NCBI GenBank assembly: GCA_022711335.1
Contig: JAKLFF010000002.1
Location: 17,441-81,440, forward strand
DNA: 64,000 bases
DNA from: Patescibacteria group bacterium
GTDB taxonomy: Bacteria; Patescibacteriota; Minisyncoccia; Moranbacterales; UBA2206
Direction: 5' to 3'
Within the stretch, counting starts at the first letter, position 1. Every line of letters starts with the position of its first letter. The translations under genes were made by a program, and so were the position numbers. The notes beneath the pieces were generated by a model that was given only the letters and a program-made list of their open reading frames with translations, did no database searches and was not told the DNA's origin. Positions 51,189-61,694 of this stretch are shown here, one piece after another.

Positions 51189-51986
51189 TTAAAACAATCC
51201 AAAATACCAGTCAACAATCGGTTGGAACCAGAAAAATGCCGCAAAAGCCCCTGCCACCATAAAAGGGGCAAATGGAACCTGGCTTTTCATTTTTTTCTTT
51301 CCGAAAGCTATCAATATTATACCACAAACCGAACCGATAAAAAAGGAAAGAAACAAGGCTAAGAGAATTTCCGGCCAGCCTAGAACCAACCCCAAAAAAA
51401 CAGCCAGATAGGCGTCTCCCATTCCCATCCATTTCTCTTTTGAAAAGGCTGAAAGTAAAAAGAAAAACGTAAAAGCCAAAAAGGCCGCCAAAATTCCGGA
51501 ATATGTCCGAACATCCAAAATTTCTCCCGAAAAAGCACCTCTGTTCCAGTCAAGAAAAAGATTGAAAGCCAGCGACCAAAAAACGGCCGGCCAAATGAGA
51601 ATTTCCGGAATTTCCATATACAGCCAGTCATAAACCAAAATAGCCAGAAGAAAGCCGGCTGCGCCCAAAAAAAACAAAGTTGCCGCCCAGGAAGAAATGT
51701 CCTGAACGATAAAATATTTCGCCCCGATTGCAGCAAAAATAATTCCCGTGGACAGCTCCACGAGCGGATATTGCCAGGAAATTTTTTTTCGGCAGTTCCG
51801 GCAGCGGAATTTGAGCAGAATGAAACTCAAAAGAGGAATGTTGTCATACCACTCAATCATTTTCTTGCAATGCGGGCAGTGCGACCGGGAGAACACAAGA
51901 TCCTCCGCCACATGGATGCGATAAACCAGAACATTCAAAAAACTGCCGATTAAAAGTCCGAGGATGAGAAAGATAAGGATATGCAT
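51189..51986 (-). CDS. pilD: prepilin peptidase (A24 family)
   Basis: N-terminal CPHCKK...CRNCRK zinc-binding tetracysteine and a polytopic DUF/A24 region with the catalytic Asp context (GMGDAY). Confidence 0.8.
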   Translation of the reverse strand: MHILIFLILGLLIGSFLNVLVYRIHVAEDLVFSRSHCPHCKKMIEWYDNIPLLSFILLKFRCRNCRKKISWQYPLVELSTGIIFAAIGAKYFIVQDISSWAATLFFLGAAGFLLAILVYDWLYMEIPEILIWPAVFWSLAFNLFLDWNRGAFSGEILDVRTYSGILAAFLAFTFFFLLSAFSKEKWMGMGDAYLAVFLGLVLGWPEILLALFLSFFIGSVCGIILIAFGKKKMKSQVPFAPFMVAGAFAAFFWFQPIVDWYFGLF

Positions 51987-52149
51987 AAATTATTCTTTTT
52001 TATATTCTTATAATAGCATAATGCTTTCCAAAACCCAAAACCGCCCTGCTTGGCAGGACGATTTGGAATATGTGAATATGTTTTCTTCTCTCAGAAGAAA
52101 AAGGTATCTAATTCCTTTTCCTTTTCTGGTAAGTATAATGAGTTTTTAC

Positions 52150-52557
52150 TTAACAGCCTGTCCAGGTACATCCACCTATCGCGCTTGAACAAGTAGCAGA
52201 ACATCCGGCTGAACATGTCGCATTGAACGACCAGGCGCCTGTAGTAGTATCTCCAGAGATATTAGTATAAGCAGCAGTATTACATCCAGTTGGCAAAGAA
52301 GGATAAACTGGATCAGAACCTGCTGTAACGGCGCAAATTTCAGTAGTGCCTGGAGTAACAGGAGTCCCGAGAGCAAGACCGCTATCTAAGCATGTCATCA
52401 TCTGAGGCGGTACGCTTGACACCGTTGATTTGAATGCTGCGTAGTATGCCTTTTCCCTAGCATTTGCTAAGCTTACCAACACAATCGATGCCAAAATTCC
52501 GATAATTGCGATGACGATCAAAAGTTCGATCAGGGTAAAACCTTTTTTGTTTTTCAT
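52150..52557 (-). CDS. type IV major pilin (PilA-like)
   Basis: [21 protein letters not shown] is the canonical G-F-T-L-I-E-L motif. The C-terminal region is Cys-rich. Confidence 0.8.
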   Translation of the reverse strand: MKNKKGFTLIELLIVIAIIGILASIVLVSLANAREKAYYAAFKSTVSSVPPQMMTCLDSGLALGTPVTPGTTEICAVTAGSDPVYPSLPTGCNTAAYTNISGDTTTGAWSFNATCSAGCSATCSSAIGGCTWTGC

Positions 52558-52626
52558 AATTTCACCTCCCTTCGCAAGAAGAAAGAATTAAGAAGAAAGA
52601 AGAAAGCATTTTTTCATCTTTTATTC

Positions 52627-53022
52627 CTAGTTTCTTACTTCATTATTGTTTATTTTGTTTCTATTTCCTTTAATCAAACCATTTATCAATTTGTGAGACA
52701 ACACCGTTTTATCAGCTATTTTTTTGAATTCATCCGCATTGATATATTTTAAATCTCTCGAGATTATCAGCTGGCTTTGCAATTCCGCAACCGATCCGAG
52801 AGCCATTTGCAAAAATTGGTTCTTATCCTTGAAAGTTGCCCGACTGAATCCTTCCGCGATATTAGAAACGATCGAAACCGAACATCTCCTCATTTGATTG
52901 GATAACCCAAACATTTCATTTTTGGGGAATCTTTCGGTAACTTTATAAACTTCAAGAACTAATTTGTGCGATTCTTTCCATGCCACCAAATCCGTAAATT
53001 TTTCAATCTTCCTATTTTGCAT
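52627..53022 (-). CDS. four-helix-bundle protein of the '23S rRNA intervening-sequence protein' family (TIGR02436-like)
   Basis: 131 aa. AWKESHKLVLEVYKVTERFPK...EMFGLSNQMRRCSVSIVSNIAEGFSR...AELQSQL matches this family's conserved layout. Confidence 0.6.
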   Translation of the reverse strand: MQNRKIEKFTDLVAWKESHKLVLEVYKVTERFPKNEMFGLSNQMRRCSVSIVSNIAEGFSRATFKDKNQFLQMALGSVAELQSQLIISRDLKYINADEFKKIADKTVLSHKLINGLIKGNRNKINNNEVRN

Positions 53023-53055
53023 TCTTCTTTCTTCCTTCTTCTTACTTCTTTATTC

Positions 53056-54267
53056 TTACTTGATTTGTCCTGCAATGTTGTATATCGGCATAAGAATCGC
53101 AAAAGCCATAAACCCGACGGCTATCCCTATTATAACCATCAGCACCGGTTCGATCAATGTGGACAAATTTTTGGTCATCATTTCCGTTTCCTGATCATAG
53201 AAACTGGCAATATGCACCAGAACTTTGTCAATCTGCCCCGAATCTTCCCCGATTTTCACCATATGGGAAACCACCGGCGGAATAAGCGGGCTTTTGGAAA
53301 GCACATTGCTCATATTTCCCCCGACTTTCACTTCCTCCGCCGCCCGGAGAAAAATCGCTTCATAAACAACGTTATTGATGACCGAGCTGGTGATCGTAAG
53401 CGCCCGGATAATCGGTATCCCGCCGACCAGAAGCACAGAGAGGTTCTGAGCGAAGCGGGTAATGTAGACATTTCTGAAAATCACCCCGACGATCGGAAGC
53501 TTTATTTTTATCTGGTCCCACTCTTTGGCGCCCTGTTCGGTTCTAAGATAATAAAGAATTCCCCCGATGAATCCAAAAATAACAATCGCCACCGCCCACC
53601 AATAAACCGACATAAAATCTCCGATGGCCATTACGATTTTAGTGTACCAAGGCACCTCGGCGCTCATTTCTTTTATTATCTGGGTCAATTTGGGAAGAAT
53701 GAAAGCAATCGTGATGAACCCGATTATAAAAAACACAACCAGAATTATGCATGGATACATCAAAGCCGAGCGCACCCGGTTGGCCAGATTGTAGTTCCTT
53801 TCAATATTCTCCGCGATATAGTCGATCGATTTTTTGAGATTTCCGGATGTTTCTCCGGCCTTTATAATGTTTATGCTAAGCATGGAAAAAACATCGCGAT
53901 GCTTTGCCAATGAGTCCGAAAAAGGAAGCCCGTTCTCAACATCGGCTATTATTTCCTTGAGAATTTTCATAAAATATTTGTTCTGGGTCTGTTCGGAAAT
54001 GGCCGTAAGGGAAGCCACAATGGGAACCCGGGCCTCGATAAGAATGGCCAGCTGGCGGAAAAAAATCACCTGTTCCTTATCCGTTACCCGGTCATAATAT
54101 TTGAGAATAGTTTTGGCGATAGAATCATCGGCCGATTCTTTTATTATGCTTGTTGGATAAAGATCATTTTTTTGGAGAATTGAAATAGCCGCTTCGCTTG
54201 AAATTGCGTCAATTACTCCCTCTTTGATTTCTCCCGTTTTTGTTTTTGCTTTGAATAAAAATTTCAT
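53056..54267 (-). CDS. pilC: type IV pilus inner-membrane platform protein (GspF/PilC family)
   Basis: Two T2SSF repeats and three transmembrane helices; 403 aa. Confidence 0.85.
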   Translation of the reverse strand: MKFLFKAKTKTGEIKEGVIDAISSEAAISILQKNDLYPTSIIKESADDSIAKTILKYYDRVTDKEQVIFFRQLAILIEARVPIVASLTAISEQTQNKYFMKILKEIIADVENGLPFSDSLAKHRDVFSMLSINIIKAGETSGNLKKSIDYIAENIERNYNLANRVRSALMYPCIILVVFFIIGFITIAFILPKLTQIIKEMSAEVPWYTKIVMAIGDFMSVYWWAVAIVIFGFIGGILYYLRTEQGAKEWDQIKIKLPIVGVIFRNVYITRFAQNLSVLLVGGIPIIRALTITSSVINNVVYEAIFLRAAEEVKVGGNMSNVLSKSPLIPPVVSHMVKIGEDSGQIDKVLVHIASFYDQETEMMTKNLSTLIEPVLMVIIGIAVGFMAFAILMPIYNIAGQIK

Positions 54268-54395
54268 GTCTTTTTCTGCGAATTATAAATCCGCACGAAT
54301 ATGCAAACTACGAATGAATGATAACATAAAATGATGCATATACAAAATCAAATTGCATTAGTATATTCGTATAAATTAGTAATTCGTAGAGATTT

Positions 54396-55466
54396 CTAGT
54401 ACCTAAGCAGCATCTGGAAGTTCTTGGCATCTTTAGCATAAGCTGCCGAGCTATCCACGGAAACAATTCCTTTTTTTACCAGCTCAACAAGAGATTTATC
54501 CATGGTGATCATTCCCTGGTCGGCGCTGGTTTCAATCACATTGTCAATTTGATAGGATTTATTTTCCCGGATAAGATTTTCGATCGCGTGGTTTTTGATC
54601 ATTATTTCGACTGCCGGAACCCGTCCGCCGTCAACTCGCGGGACAAGCCGCTGCGAAGCGACACCCAAAAGAACATTAGCCAGCTGCGACCGCACTTGAT
54701 TTTGCTGATGGGCCGCAAAAACATCGATTATGCGGTCGATAGTTTGGGGAGAATCATTAGTATGGAGCGTGGCAAAAATGAGATGTCCGGTTTCCGCAGC
54801 AGTCAGAGCCGTGCTTATGGTGTCAAGATCCCTCATTTCGCCGATAAGAACTACATTGGCGTCTTCCCGAAAAACCGCTTTCAAAGCTGTTTGAAAATTC
54901 TTGGAATCCTGATAAACCTCCCGCTGGCTTATTATGCAGCGGTCTTGCTCGTATATATATTCGATAGGGTCTTCGATAGTCACTATATGCTTTTCCTGGT
55001 TGTGGTTTATTTCGTTTATAAGGGCGGCTAGCGTAGTTGACTTTCCATGCCCCACAGGACCGACAATCAAAAACAAGCCTTGGGAAAATTTGGTGAAATC
55101 ATAAAGTATTTCCGGCATATTCAGCTCCTTGAGGCTTCTTATTTCTCTGGGAATCAAGCGAAAGGCCACCCCTAAATATCCTTGTTGAAAAAAAGCATTA
55201 ACGCGAAATCTCGCCTTATCTTCGAAATTATAGGAAAAATCAGCCTGGCCTTCGTCCAAAAGCTTTTTTTTGGATTCTTCTTTCATGATTACATCGCAGA
55301 TATCCTTGATTTCGGAAGGAGTAAGCGCTTTGTCCTGGTTCGCCGAAACAAGACGGCCGTCCGTTCTTAGAGTCGGATAACGCCCGACATTAAGATGAAG
55401 GTCTGATGCTCCTTGCTGGGCAACGAGCCTCAAAAGATTTTTTATTTTCTGCTCGGCATGAACCAT
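54396..55466 (-). CDS. pilT: type IV pilus retraction ATPase
   Basis: Walker A GPVGHGKSTT, Asp box and His box (ATLHTNDSPQTIDR), PilT-length 356 aa. Confidence 0.85.
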   Translation of the reverse strand: MVHAEQKIKNLLRLVAQQGASDLHLNVGRYPTLRTDGRLVSANQDKALTPSEIKDICDVIMKEESKKKLLDEGQADFSYNFEDKARFRVNAFFQQGYLGVAFRLIPREIRSLKELNMPEILYDFTKFSQGLFLIVGPVGHGKSTTLAALINEINHNQEKHIVTIEDPIEYIYEQDRCIISQREVYQDSKNFQTALKAVFREDANVVLIGEMRDLDTISTALTAAETGHLIFATLHTNDSPQTIDRIIDVFAAHQQNQVRSQLANVLLGVASQRLVPRVDGGRVPAVEIMIKNHAIENLIRENKSYQIDNVIETSADQGMITMDKSLVELVKKGIVSVDSSAAYAKDAKNFQMLLRY

Positions 55467-55853
55467 TTATTTAAGATAATTATTAATTTTTTCCAAAACT
55501 TCCGACGGAGTAAAGTGGGATTTTATGAGATAATCCCTGGCACCCAATTTCATCCCCTCTTCTATTTCTTCCCTCTGGCTTAAATTGGTAAGCAATATGA
55601 CTGGAATTTTTTTGAACTTTTCGTTTCCGTTGATTTTTTTTAGAACTTCCAGCCCGTCCATGTAAGGCATAATTATATCAAGCAGAATAAGATCCGGCGC
55701 ATCTTTTCCTTCTTCCAATTTTTTTACCGCCTCCAGTCCGTTAGAGGCCAAAATGACTTCAAACCCGGACTGCGAAAGTTTCATCTGATAAATATCCATC
55801 ACGAAAGAATCGTCTTCGACAATCATAATCCTTTTTTTGCTTGTTTGTTCCAT
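55467..55853 (-). CDS. single-domain response regulator (CheY-like receiver)
   Basis: IMIVEDDSFV...DLILLDIIMPYMDGLEVLKK...K carries the receiver-domain D/D/K residues; 128 aa. Confidence 0.8.
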   Translation of the reverse strand: MEQTSKKRIMIVEDDSFVMDIYQMKLSQSGFEVILASNGLEAVKKLEEGKDAPDLILLDIIMPYMDGLEVLKKINGNEKFKKIPVILLTNLSQREEIEEGMKLGARDYLIKSHFTPSEVLEKINNYLK

Positions 55854-55935
55854 AAAATTGTTTGCGAATTGCTAGTTTAATTTATTACGAATATGCCAAT
55901 AAACAAAATTTGATTTTACATCAATGCTTGTAAGT

Positions 55936-57741
55936 TTAATCGTTCTCTTCTGCCAAAGCGATACTGCCTTCCGTCACCCGCTCTATCTCTTCGATAGTGG
56001 TGAATCCCTTTATTATTTTTAAGATTCCATCCTGTTTCATGGTAATAAGCCCCATCGACTGCCTTTCTTTGTTTATCAATTCTTCGCTGCCTCGCTTTTC
56101 CACTATGATATTTTTTATATTTTCATTCACAGGCACGGCTTCAAAAACCGCCATCCTGCCCTTAAGCCCCGTCCCGTTGCAGAAATCGCACCCCTTGCCG
56201 CGATAGAAATTTATTTCTTTTGAAAGATCAATGTCATATTTCTTGAGTTCCGCATCTGACACATTTGTCAATTCTCTTTTTATTTTATTTTTAACCGACT
56301 GGGGGATATCGATTTTTTCCTTGCATTTTTCGCAAATTCTTCTAACCAGCCTTTGAGCAGCCACGATTCGAAGAGACGAAGAAAGAAGGAAAGGCTCAAT
56401 TCCCATATCAATAAGACGGGGAATGGCGCCGATGGCCGTATTGGTGTGCAAGGTGGAAAACATAAGATGCCCGGTAAGCGCAGCATGCACGGCCAGCTCG
56501 GCAGTTTCACTGTCTCGGATCTCTCCTACCATTATAACATTAGGATCCTGGCGAAGAATAGTCCGAAGCCCGCTGGCAAACGTATATCCGATCTCCGGCT
56601 TTATCTGGCTCTGGTTGAGTCCTTCAATATTATATTCTATCGGATCCTCCAGCGTTATGATATTTCTTTCCTCTACATTCAAAACCTTAAGCAAAGAATA
56701 AAGAGTGGTTGACTTTCCGCTTCCAGTCGGCCCAGTCATAAGAATCATACCATAAGTTTCCTCCAATGCCTTCATCATATTGTCATTATTGGAACCCATA
56801 AGCCCCAGCGCCTGAATATTGACCAGTCCCTCGGCCTTGTCCAAGATTCTCATTACCACCTTTTCTCCATCGATCACCGGAAGAGTCGAGACGCGAAAAT
56901 CCATTTCTTTTTTATTCAGTGTCAGCCTGAATCGGCCATCTTGCGGCTTTCTTTTTTCGTCTATTTTCAGATTAGCCAGGATTTTTATGCGGGATATGAT
57001 AGCCGGGCCGATTTCTTCAGGAAAAACCAGGCTGACATGGAGTATTCCATCCACTCGGAAGCGCACCCGGTAATTTTTGTCCATCGGCTCAATATGAATA
57101 TCGCTGGCCTTGCCTTCAATGGCATGGCTTACGACTACCTCCACCAGTTTTGCAACCGGAGCATCTTTTAGAATTTCTCTTTTCTTCTCGTCTTCTTCTT
57201 TTTTCTTTTTTTCATCATCACCGTCATAAACAACATCTTCCTTAAATGACTCAACTGCCTGTTTAACAATTTCACCCGGACCAGTATAAGACTCCATGAT
57301 CTCTTCAAACAAATCTTCTGCGACCAAATAAGCTTCTATTTCCACTTTTTCTCTTTCAGCAATAAATCTCAAAGCGTTAAGGGCATCGGTGTTTTGAGGA
57401 TCAACCATGGCAATCTTGACTACTTTCCCATTCCGTTCAAAAGCGGCCATCTTATATTTCTTGGCAACTTCAGGAGAAATAAGATTGATTACGCCGCTTT
57501 CAATATTCCGATTCGTCATTTTCTCAATATAGGCGATGCCTATTCTTCCTGCTCTTTCGGCAATTTCGCTTGTTTTATTTTCAATATCTTTTTTTTCATC
57601 CGCATCCGGTTTTTTTGGAGAAACAGAAAAAGTTCCGCTTTTCGAACCGGAGAGATTTTTTCCTATTTCTGAAGAAACTTTGTCGTCTGCGCCAAGATTA
57701 ATTCCATCAGATGTTCCTTGTGTCTTGTTGGTATTATCCAT
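55936..57741 (-). CDS. pilB: type IV pilus assembly ATPase (GspE/PilB family)
   Basis: N-terminal T2SSE_N region, Walker A GPTGSGKSTT, tetracysteine CEKCK...CDFCNGTG; 601 aa. Confidence 0.85.
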   Translation of the reverse strand: MDNTNKTQGTSDGINLGADDKVSSEIGKNLSGSKSGTFSVSPKKPDADEKKDIENKTSEIAERAGRIGIAYIEKMTNRNIESGVINLISPEVAKKYKMAAFERNGKVVKIAMVDPQNTDALNALRFIAEREKVEIEAYLVAEDLFEEIMESYTGPGEIVKQAVESFKEDVVYDGDDEKKKKEEDEKKREILKDAPVAKLVEVVVSHAIEGKASDIHIEPMDKNYRVRFRVDGILHVSLVFPEEIGPAIISRIKILANLKIDEKRKPQDGRFRLTLNKKEMDFRVSTLPVIDGEKVVMRILDKAEGLVNIQALGLMGSNNDNMMKALEETYGMILMTGPTGSGKSTTLYSLLKVLNVEERNIITLEDPIEYNIEGLNQSQIKPEIGYTFASGLRTILRQDPNVIMVGEIRDSETAELAVHAALTGHLMFSTLHTNTAIGAIPRLIDMGIEPFLLSSSLRIVAAQRLVRRICEKCKEKIDIPQSVKNKIKRELTNVSDAELKKYDIDLSKEINFYRGKGCDFCNGTGLKGRMAVFEAVPVNENIKNIIVEKRGSEELINKERQSMGLITMKQDGILKIIKGFTTIEEIERVTEGSIALAEEND

Positions 57742-57784
57742 ATTCAGCTATTGCGTCCTGCTTTATAATTTATTAACAGCGCGC

Positions 57785-58555
57785 CTAGGGAATAAAAGGG
57801 TTGGTTTTTCCTTTTTGATCCACCTGCAGATCCATGAGACTGGTAGCTTTTCCTTTTTCTATATTTCCTACTGTCTGGAGATCGAAACTGCTTTTGCTAA
57901 AGACTGGATCATTCAAAGAAGAAAAATTTCCGGATTCTTTCAGGAAAGCGAATTCCAATACCGCTACAGCTTTAAGGTTGTCCGATCCTTTGTTTTGGGC
58001 ATCGGCGGAATCAATCTTGATTGAAACAAGCCGATTGAACCTTTTGAGGCCGAAAATCTTTTCAAAAACACTTTTTATTTTTTCGTATCCACCTTGAGCT
58101 GAAAAATCAACCAAAAAAAGGGTGGCTTGGGGCTTTGCTTCCTCATCTGCAGCTGCGCTGCCTCCACTGGCAGAAGCAAGGGCAGGCAATGCTGCAGTTT
58201 TAGAAAGAACCGGCTGAGAAACTGAAATATTCGTGCCTTGGAGCTCTTCTTTCAAAACCAGATAATTAAGATTATCGATTATTTCATACTCCTTTATACT
58301 CTCAGGCATATACTCCATAACCAGCTCCCTCGATGAAGTCATTTTTTGAGAATTTAGTTCCAGCGCCATGTTGTCTATCGTTTCTGATTTCTTTTTGGCA
58401 TCTTCAAGCAGCTGCTTTTCTTTTTTTAATTCTCCCGCTTTTTCTTTCACTCCATTTCCAGTCAAGGGATCGGTAAAAGCCGGATAAACATACCAAATCA
58501 AAAGGACTATGATTATCACAATCAGTGAAGGGGCCATCAGCAATTTTATTTTCAT
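57785..58555 (-). CDS. pilus assembly protein (PilO-like, putative)
   Basis: N-terminal transmembrane helix plus coiled coil, positioned between pilN and pilB. Confidence 0.4.
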   Translation of the reverse strand: MKIKLLMAPSLIVIIIVLLIWYVYPAFTDPLTGNGVKEKAGELKKEKQLLEDAKKKSETIDNMALELNSQKMTSSRELVMEYMPESIKEYEIIDNLNYLVLKEELQGTNISVSQPVLSKTAALPALASASGGSAAADEEAKPQATLFLVDFSAQGGYEKIKSVFEKIFGLKRFNRLVSIKIDSADAQNKGSDNLKAVAVLEFAFLKESGNFSSLNDPVFSKSSFDLQTVGNIEKGKATSLMDLQVDQKGKTNPFIP

Positions 58556-58573
58556 AATGTTTATTTTAAAAAA

Positions 58574-59101
58574 TTATTTGACTTTTAATTCCACGGGGAA
58601 AAGAATTCGGTTGCTTTGAGGCTCTAAAGAAGTTTTTCCGGCAGTTACCTGGGAAAACAATCCGGAACTCTTGAAGCTCAATATCTGCTTGGCAGCGGTG
58701 TTAAAATTATCGCCTGAACAGTTAAGCAAAATTTTCCCAGTCGCATCGTCATATGCATATGAAGTCAGATAAACTGCCGGGACCATGAGCCCCTCGATCT
58801 GAATAAGATCGCCTTTGATATTCCTCCCTTTGACGATAGCCTCTTTTGAAACATCCAGCCTTTTTTGAAAATCAATCACTTTTTTCGAATCAGAGTTTTT
58901 CATTTTCTCCACATATCCCGCATAATCCAGTTTTGCCTGTTCTATGTTTTTTTTCAAATAATACTCCTTATACAAAAATAGCGATCCCCATAAAATGAGA
59001 ATCAGAATCAAAACCACGGTTACGCCCGTCAGCGCCCCTCCGGCAAACGGGGCTTTTCTGCCTGCCCCTTCATCTATTGAAGACAAATTAATGTTTGGCA
59101 T
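58574..59101 (-). CDS. pilN: PilN-like fimbrial assembly protein
   Basis: Single transmembrane helix then a periplasmic domain; immediately downstream of pilM. Confidence 0.5.
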   Translation of the reverse strand: MPNINLSSIDEGAGRKAPFAGGALTGVTVVLILILILWGSLFLYKEYYLKKNIEQAKLDYAGYVEKMKNSDSKKVIDFQKRLDVSKEAIVKGRNIKGDLIQIEGLMVPAVYLTSYAYDDATGKILLNCSGDNFNTAAKQILSFKSSGLFSQVTAGKTSLEPQSNRILFPVELKVK

Positions 59102-59147
59102 GTTTTTTTACCCCGCCAAGCGGGATGAATTTAATTTTTATTTGCAA

Positions 59148-60239
59148 TTATTTTTTGCCATTAATATATTCCTCCGCTCCCTTAAGAGCCAATCCGATGC
59201 AGACTGAAAATTGATTTTTGATATTATCCAGAAGAGGGCTGAGTCTTTTGTCATAGCCCACTCTTCCAAGCGGATTTCCTATGATCGCTTTTACCCCCAA
59301 ATTTTTTGAAATATATTCGACAATCCCCGCAAGTTTGGATGAGCCTCCGGAAAGTATTACCGCATCAATTTTTGATATTCGGCCGTTCCGCACTGAAGAT
59401 TCAATGAGCCTTGAGGCTTCTCCCGTTATTATCTCCAGGGAAGGGAAGCTTATGGACGATTCGCGGCTAAAAAAATTCCGGGTGGAAATTTTCAGGGATT
59501 CCGCCCGACCATCATCAATCTTCATCGCATTAGCGATAGTTTTGGTCAAATCATTGCCTCCTGAGTCTATATTTCTATTGGCAATAATCAGGCCTCTGGA
59601 AACTAAAATTATATTGCAAACGCGCGATCCAATGTCAATAATAAGGAAAGTTCCATTATCATTCCCAATCAGCGAATTAGCCATCGAAAAAATTTCTATT
59701 TCTATGGATTTGAGCTTCAAACCGGAATTTTTCACCAGGTTTTCGTATTTTACTACCTTGTTTTTGGAAGCCGCCACTAAAAGAACCTGGATTTTATCAC
59801 CTTTTCCACCGCCTTTTTCTTCTCCGACAATATCCCAACTGATTGCAACTTCGTCCAGCGATATTGGAATATATTTATGGGCTTCAAATTTTATGGCTTG
59901 CCCGATATCTTCTTTGGACATTTGGGGGAAATCTATGAGAGTTACAAGCCCGCCAAAAGCCGGAATGGAAACATAGGTGTTTTTTCCCTTAAGCCCGGAT
60001 TCAGAAACAATTCTTTTTATATGCTTGGGAAGAGCCACGTCAAAAAACGAGGAATTATATCCGTCTTTTCTGGCCAAGCCTTCAATAGGCATCCAAGCGT
60101 AATTGGTCAGGATCGCTTTATCCCCGATAACGGAAATCTCAGCTATTTTGATTGAAGATGTTCCAACATCCAAACCAAGGAAAATATTTTTTCCGAACTC
60201 AAACATATGTTTTATTATAACATATTTCCAAAGATGCAA
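59148..60239 (-). CDS. pilM: type IV pilus assembly protein PilM (actin-like ATPase)
   Basis: FLGLDVGTSSIKIAEI...actin/HSP70-fold motifs. Confidence 0.8.
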   Translation of the reverse strand: MHLWKYVIIKHMFEFGKNIFLGLDVGTSSIKIAEISVIGDKAILTNYAWMPIEGLARKDGYNSSFFDVALPKHIKRIVSESGLKGKNTYVSIPAFGGLVTLIDFPQMSKEDIGQAIKFEAHKYIPISLDEVAISWDIVGEEKGGGKGDKIQVLLVAASKNKVVKYENLVKNSGLKLKSIEIEIFSMANSLIGNDNGTFLIIDIGSRVCNIILVSRGLIIANRNIDSGGNDLTKTIANAMKIDDGRAESLKISTRNFFSRESSISFPSLEIITGEASRLIESSVRNGRISKIDAVILSGGSSKLAGIVEYISKNLGVKAIIGNPLGRVGYDKRLSPLLDNIKNQFSVCIGLALKGAEEYINGKK

Positions 60240-60277
60240 CTAGCTGTCCCATGGTTTATAATGTATAAAAGTCAACA

Positions 60278-61027
60278 ATGTTCAAACAAACAAAAAAAAT
60301 GCTGCTGGATACGCTTTTTCCCATTCAATGCCTTTTGTGCAGAAAAGATAATGTTTGGATTTGCAAAAAATGTTTGGATAAAATTGAGATTTTGTCCTTG
60401 CAAGTCTGCCCGTATTGCGAAAAAATCGAAATGCCCGCCGGAAAGATCTGCCCGCGCTGCAAAGAAAGCCTGCTTGGCAAAAATAAAATCGCTCCTGTGG
60501 ATAACTTGGTTGCAGCGGGAAATTACAAGGATGTTTCGCATTTTATCCATTTGCTCAAATACCGCTTCGTTTCCGATCTTCATATGCCGCTCGGAAAAAT
60601 ATTAGTTAAAGCGATCATTGAAAACAATTTTCCTCTTCCCGATTTGATCATTCCGGTTCCTCTCCACAAAAGAAGGCTCCGCTGGCGCGGGTTCAACCAA
60701 TCGGAGCTTCTGGCAAATTATATCGGCGAAAATTTAACGCCCGGATTCCAAATTCCGGTTCGCGCGGACATGATAGTTCGGAAAAAATATACAGTTCCGC
60801 AGATGAAGATAAAAAATTATTCTGAAAGAAAGAAAAATTTGCAAAATGTGTTTGTATTAGATGAAGAAAAGGCGAAGTTCATTAGAGATAAAGAAATTCT
60901 GCTGGTTGATGACGTGGCCACCACCGGTTCAACTCTTTTTGAATGCGGACAGGTTTTAAAGGCCAACGGAGCGCATAAAATATACGCCTGCGTCATCGCT
61001 AGACAAGAATTTAAAAATGTGCTATAA
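60278..61027 (+). CDS. comFC: ComF family phosphoribosyltransferase (competence protein ComFC)
   Basis: N-terminal CxxC...CxxC zinc ribbon and C-terminal PRTase motif LLVDDVATTGSTL. Confidence 0.8.
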   Translation: MFKQTKKMLLDTLFPIQCLLCRKDNVWICKKCLDKIEILSLQVCPYCEKIEMPAGKICPRCKESLLGKNKIAPVDNLVAAGNYKDVSHFIHLLKYRFVSDLHMPLGKILVKAIIENNFPLPDLIIPVPLHKRRLRWRGFNQSELLANYIGENLTPGFQIPVRADMIVRKKYTVPQMKIKNYSERKKNLQNVFVLDEEKAKFIRDKEILLVDDVATTGSTLFECGQVLKANGAHKIYACVIARQEFKNVL

Positions 61028-61084
61028 TAAACAGTTCGTAGCAGTTCTTTAACTTAAACTTTTTTTCCTTTATTGGAGGGATGA

Positions 61085-61405
61085 ATGATAAATGAGCGTT
61101 TTTTGGCTGACGAGGTGGCAGCAGAGCTAAAAAAAGTTAAAAACTTTTGTTCTGCCTGCTCTGTTGTATTCGAAAGAGAAAAAATCCCTTCATCTCAATG
61201 GCCCGATCTATTCTCCTTCATGGGAAAAGAGCTCGGCAGAAGGGGTGGGATCAAATCAGGAATAATAAGGAGAAACAAGAAAGAAAAAATTAAAAAAGTG
61301 GAAAAGAAAATAATGCACATTTTCAACGATTGGCAGATTGAGATCATGATCGCCGAATCGCTGGAAATAATTGGAGAAAGAAGTGATTATCTTCTTGATC
61401 CATAA
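61085..61405 (+). CDS. hypothetical protein
   Basis: 106-aa ORF followed by a strong terminator. Confidence 0.35.
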   Translation: MINERFLADEVAAELKKVKNFCSACSVVFEREKIPSSQWPDLFSFMGKELGRRGGIKSGIIRRNKKEKIKKVEKKIMHIFNDWQIEIMIAESLEIIGERSDYLLDP

Positions 61406-61407
61406 AA

Positions 61408-61432
61408 GGCCCGCAGGGCCTTTTTCTTTTTG
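61408..61432 (+). terminator. rho-independent terminator
   Basis: AAAGGCCCGCAGGGCCTTTTTCTTTTT. Confidence 0.7.
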
Positions 61433-61524
61433 ACTTTTATATACTTGTCGGAGCGCCGAGAATCCCTGTCCGCCTTCGGAGGAGAACTCGGATTACACAA
61501 ACCTTCACCCCGTTAAATAAACTG

Positions 61525-61595
61525 TCGGAGCACTGGGAATCGAACCCAGTCTGCACGAACCCGAATCGTGAGTACTACCGGTATACTATGCTCCG
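61525..61595 (-). tRNA. tRNA-Pro (anticodon CGG)
   Basis: CGGAGCATAGTATACCGGTAGTACTCACGATTCGGGTTCGTGCAGACTGGGTTCGATTCCCAGTGCTCCGA. Perfect 7-bp acceptor, anticodon loop TTCGGGT. Confidence 0.7.
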
Positions 61596-61694
61596 GCATT
61601 TAACGGAGCAAGTCGCGCGCCTGCCTGTCGGCAGGCAGGTAGTGCCACTATATTTACCCGCCTCTGGCGGGCCACGCTCCGAAAATAATTTAAT

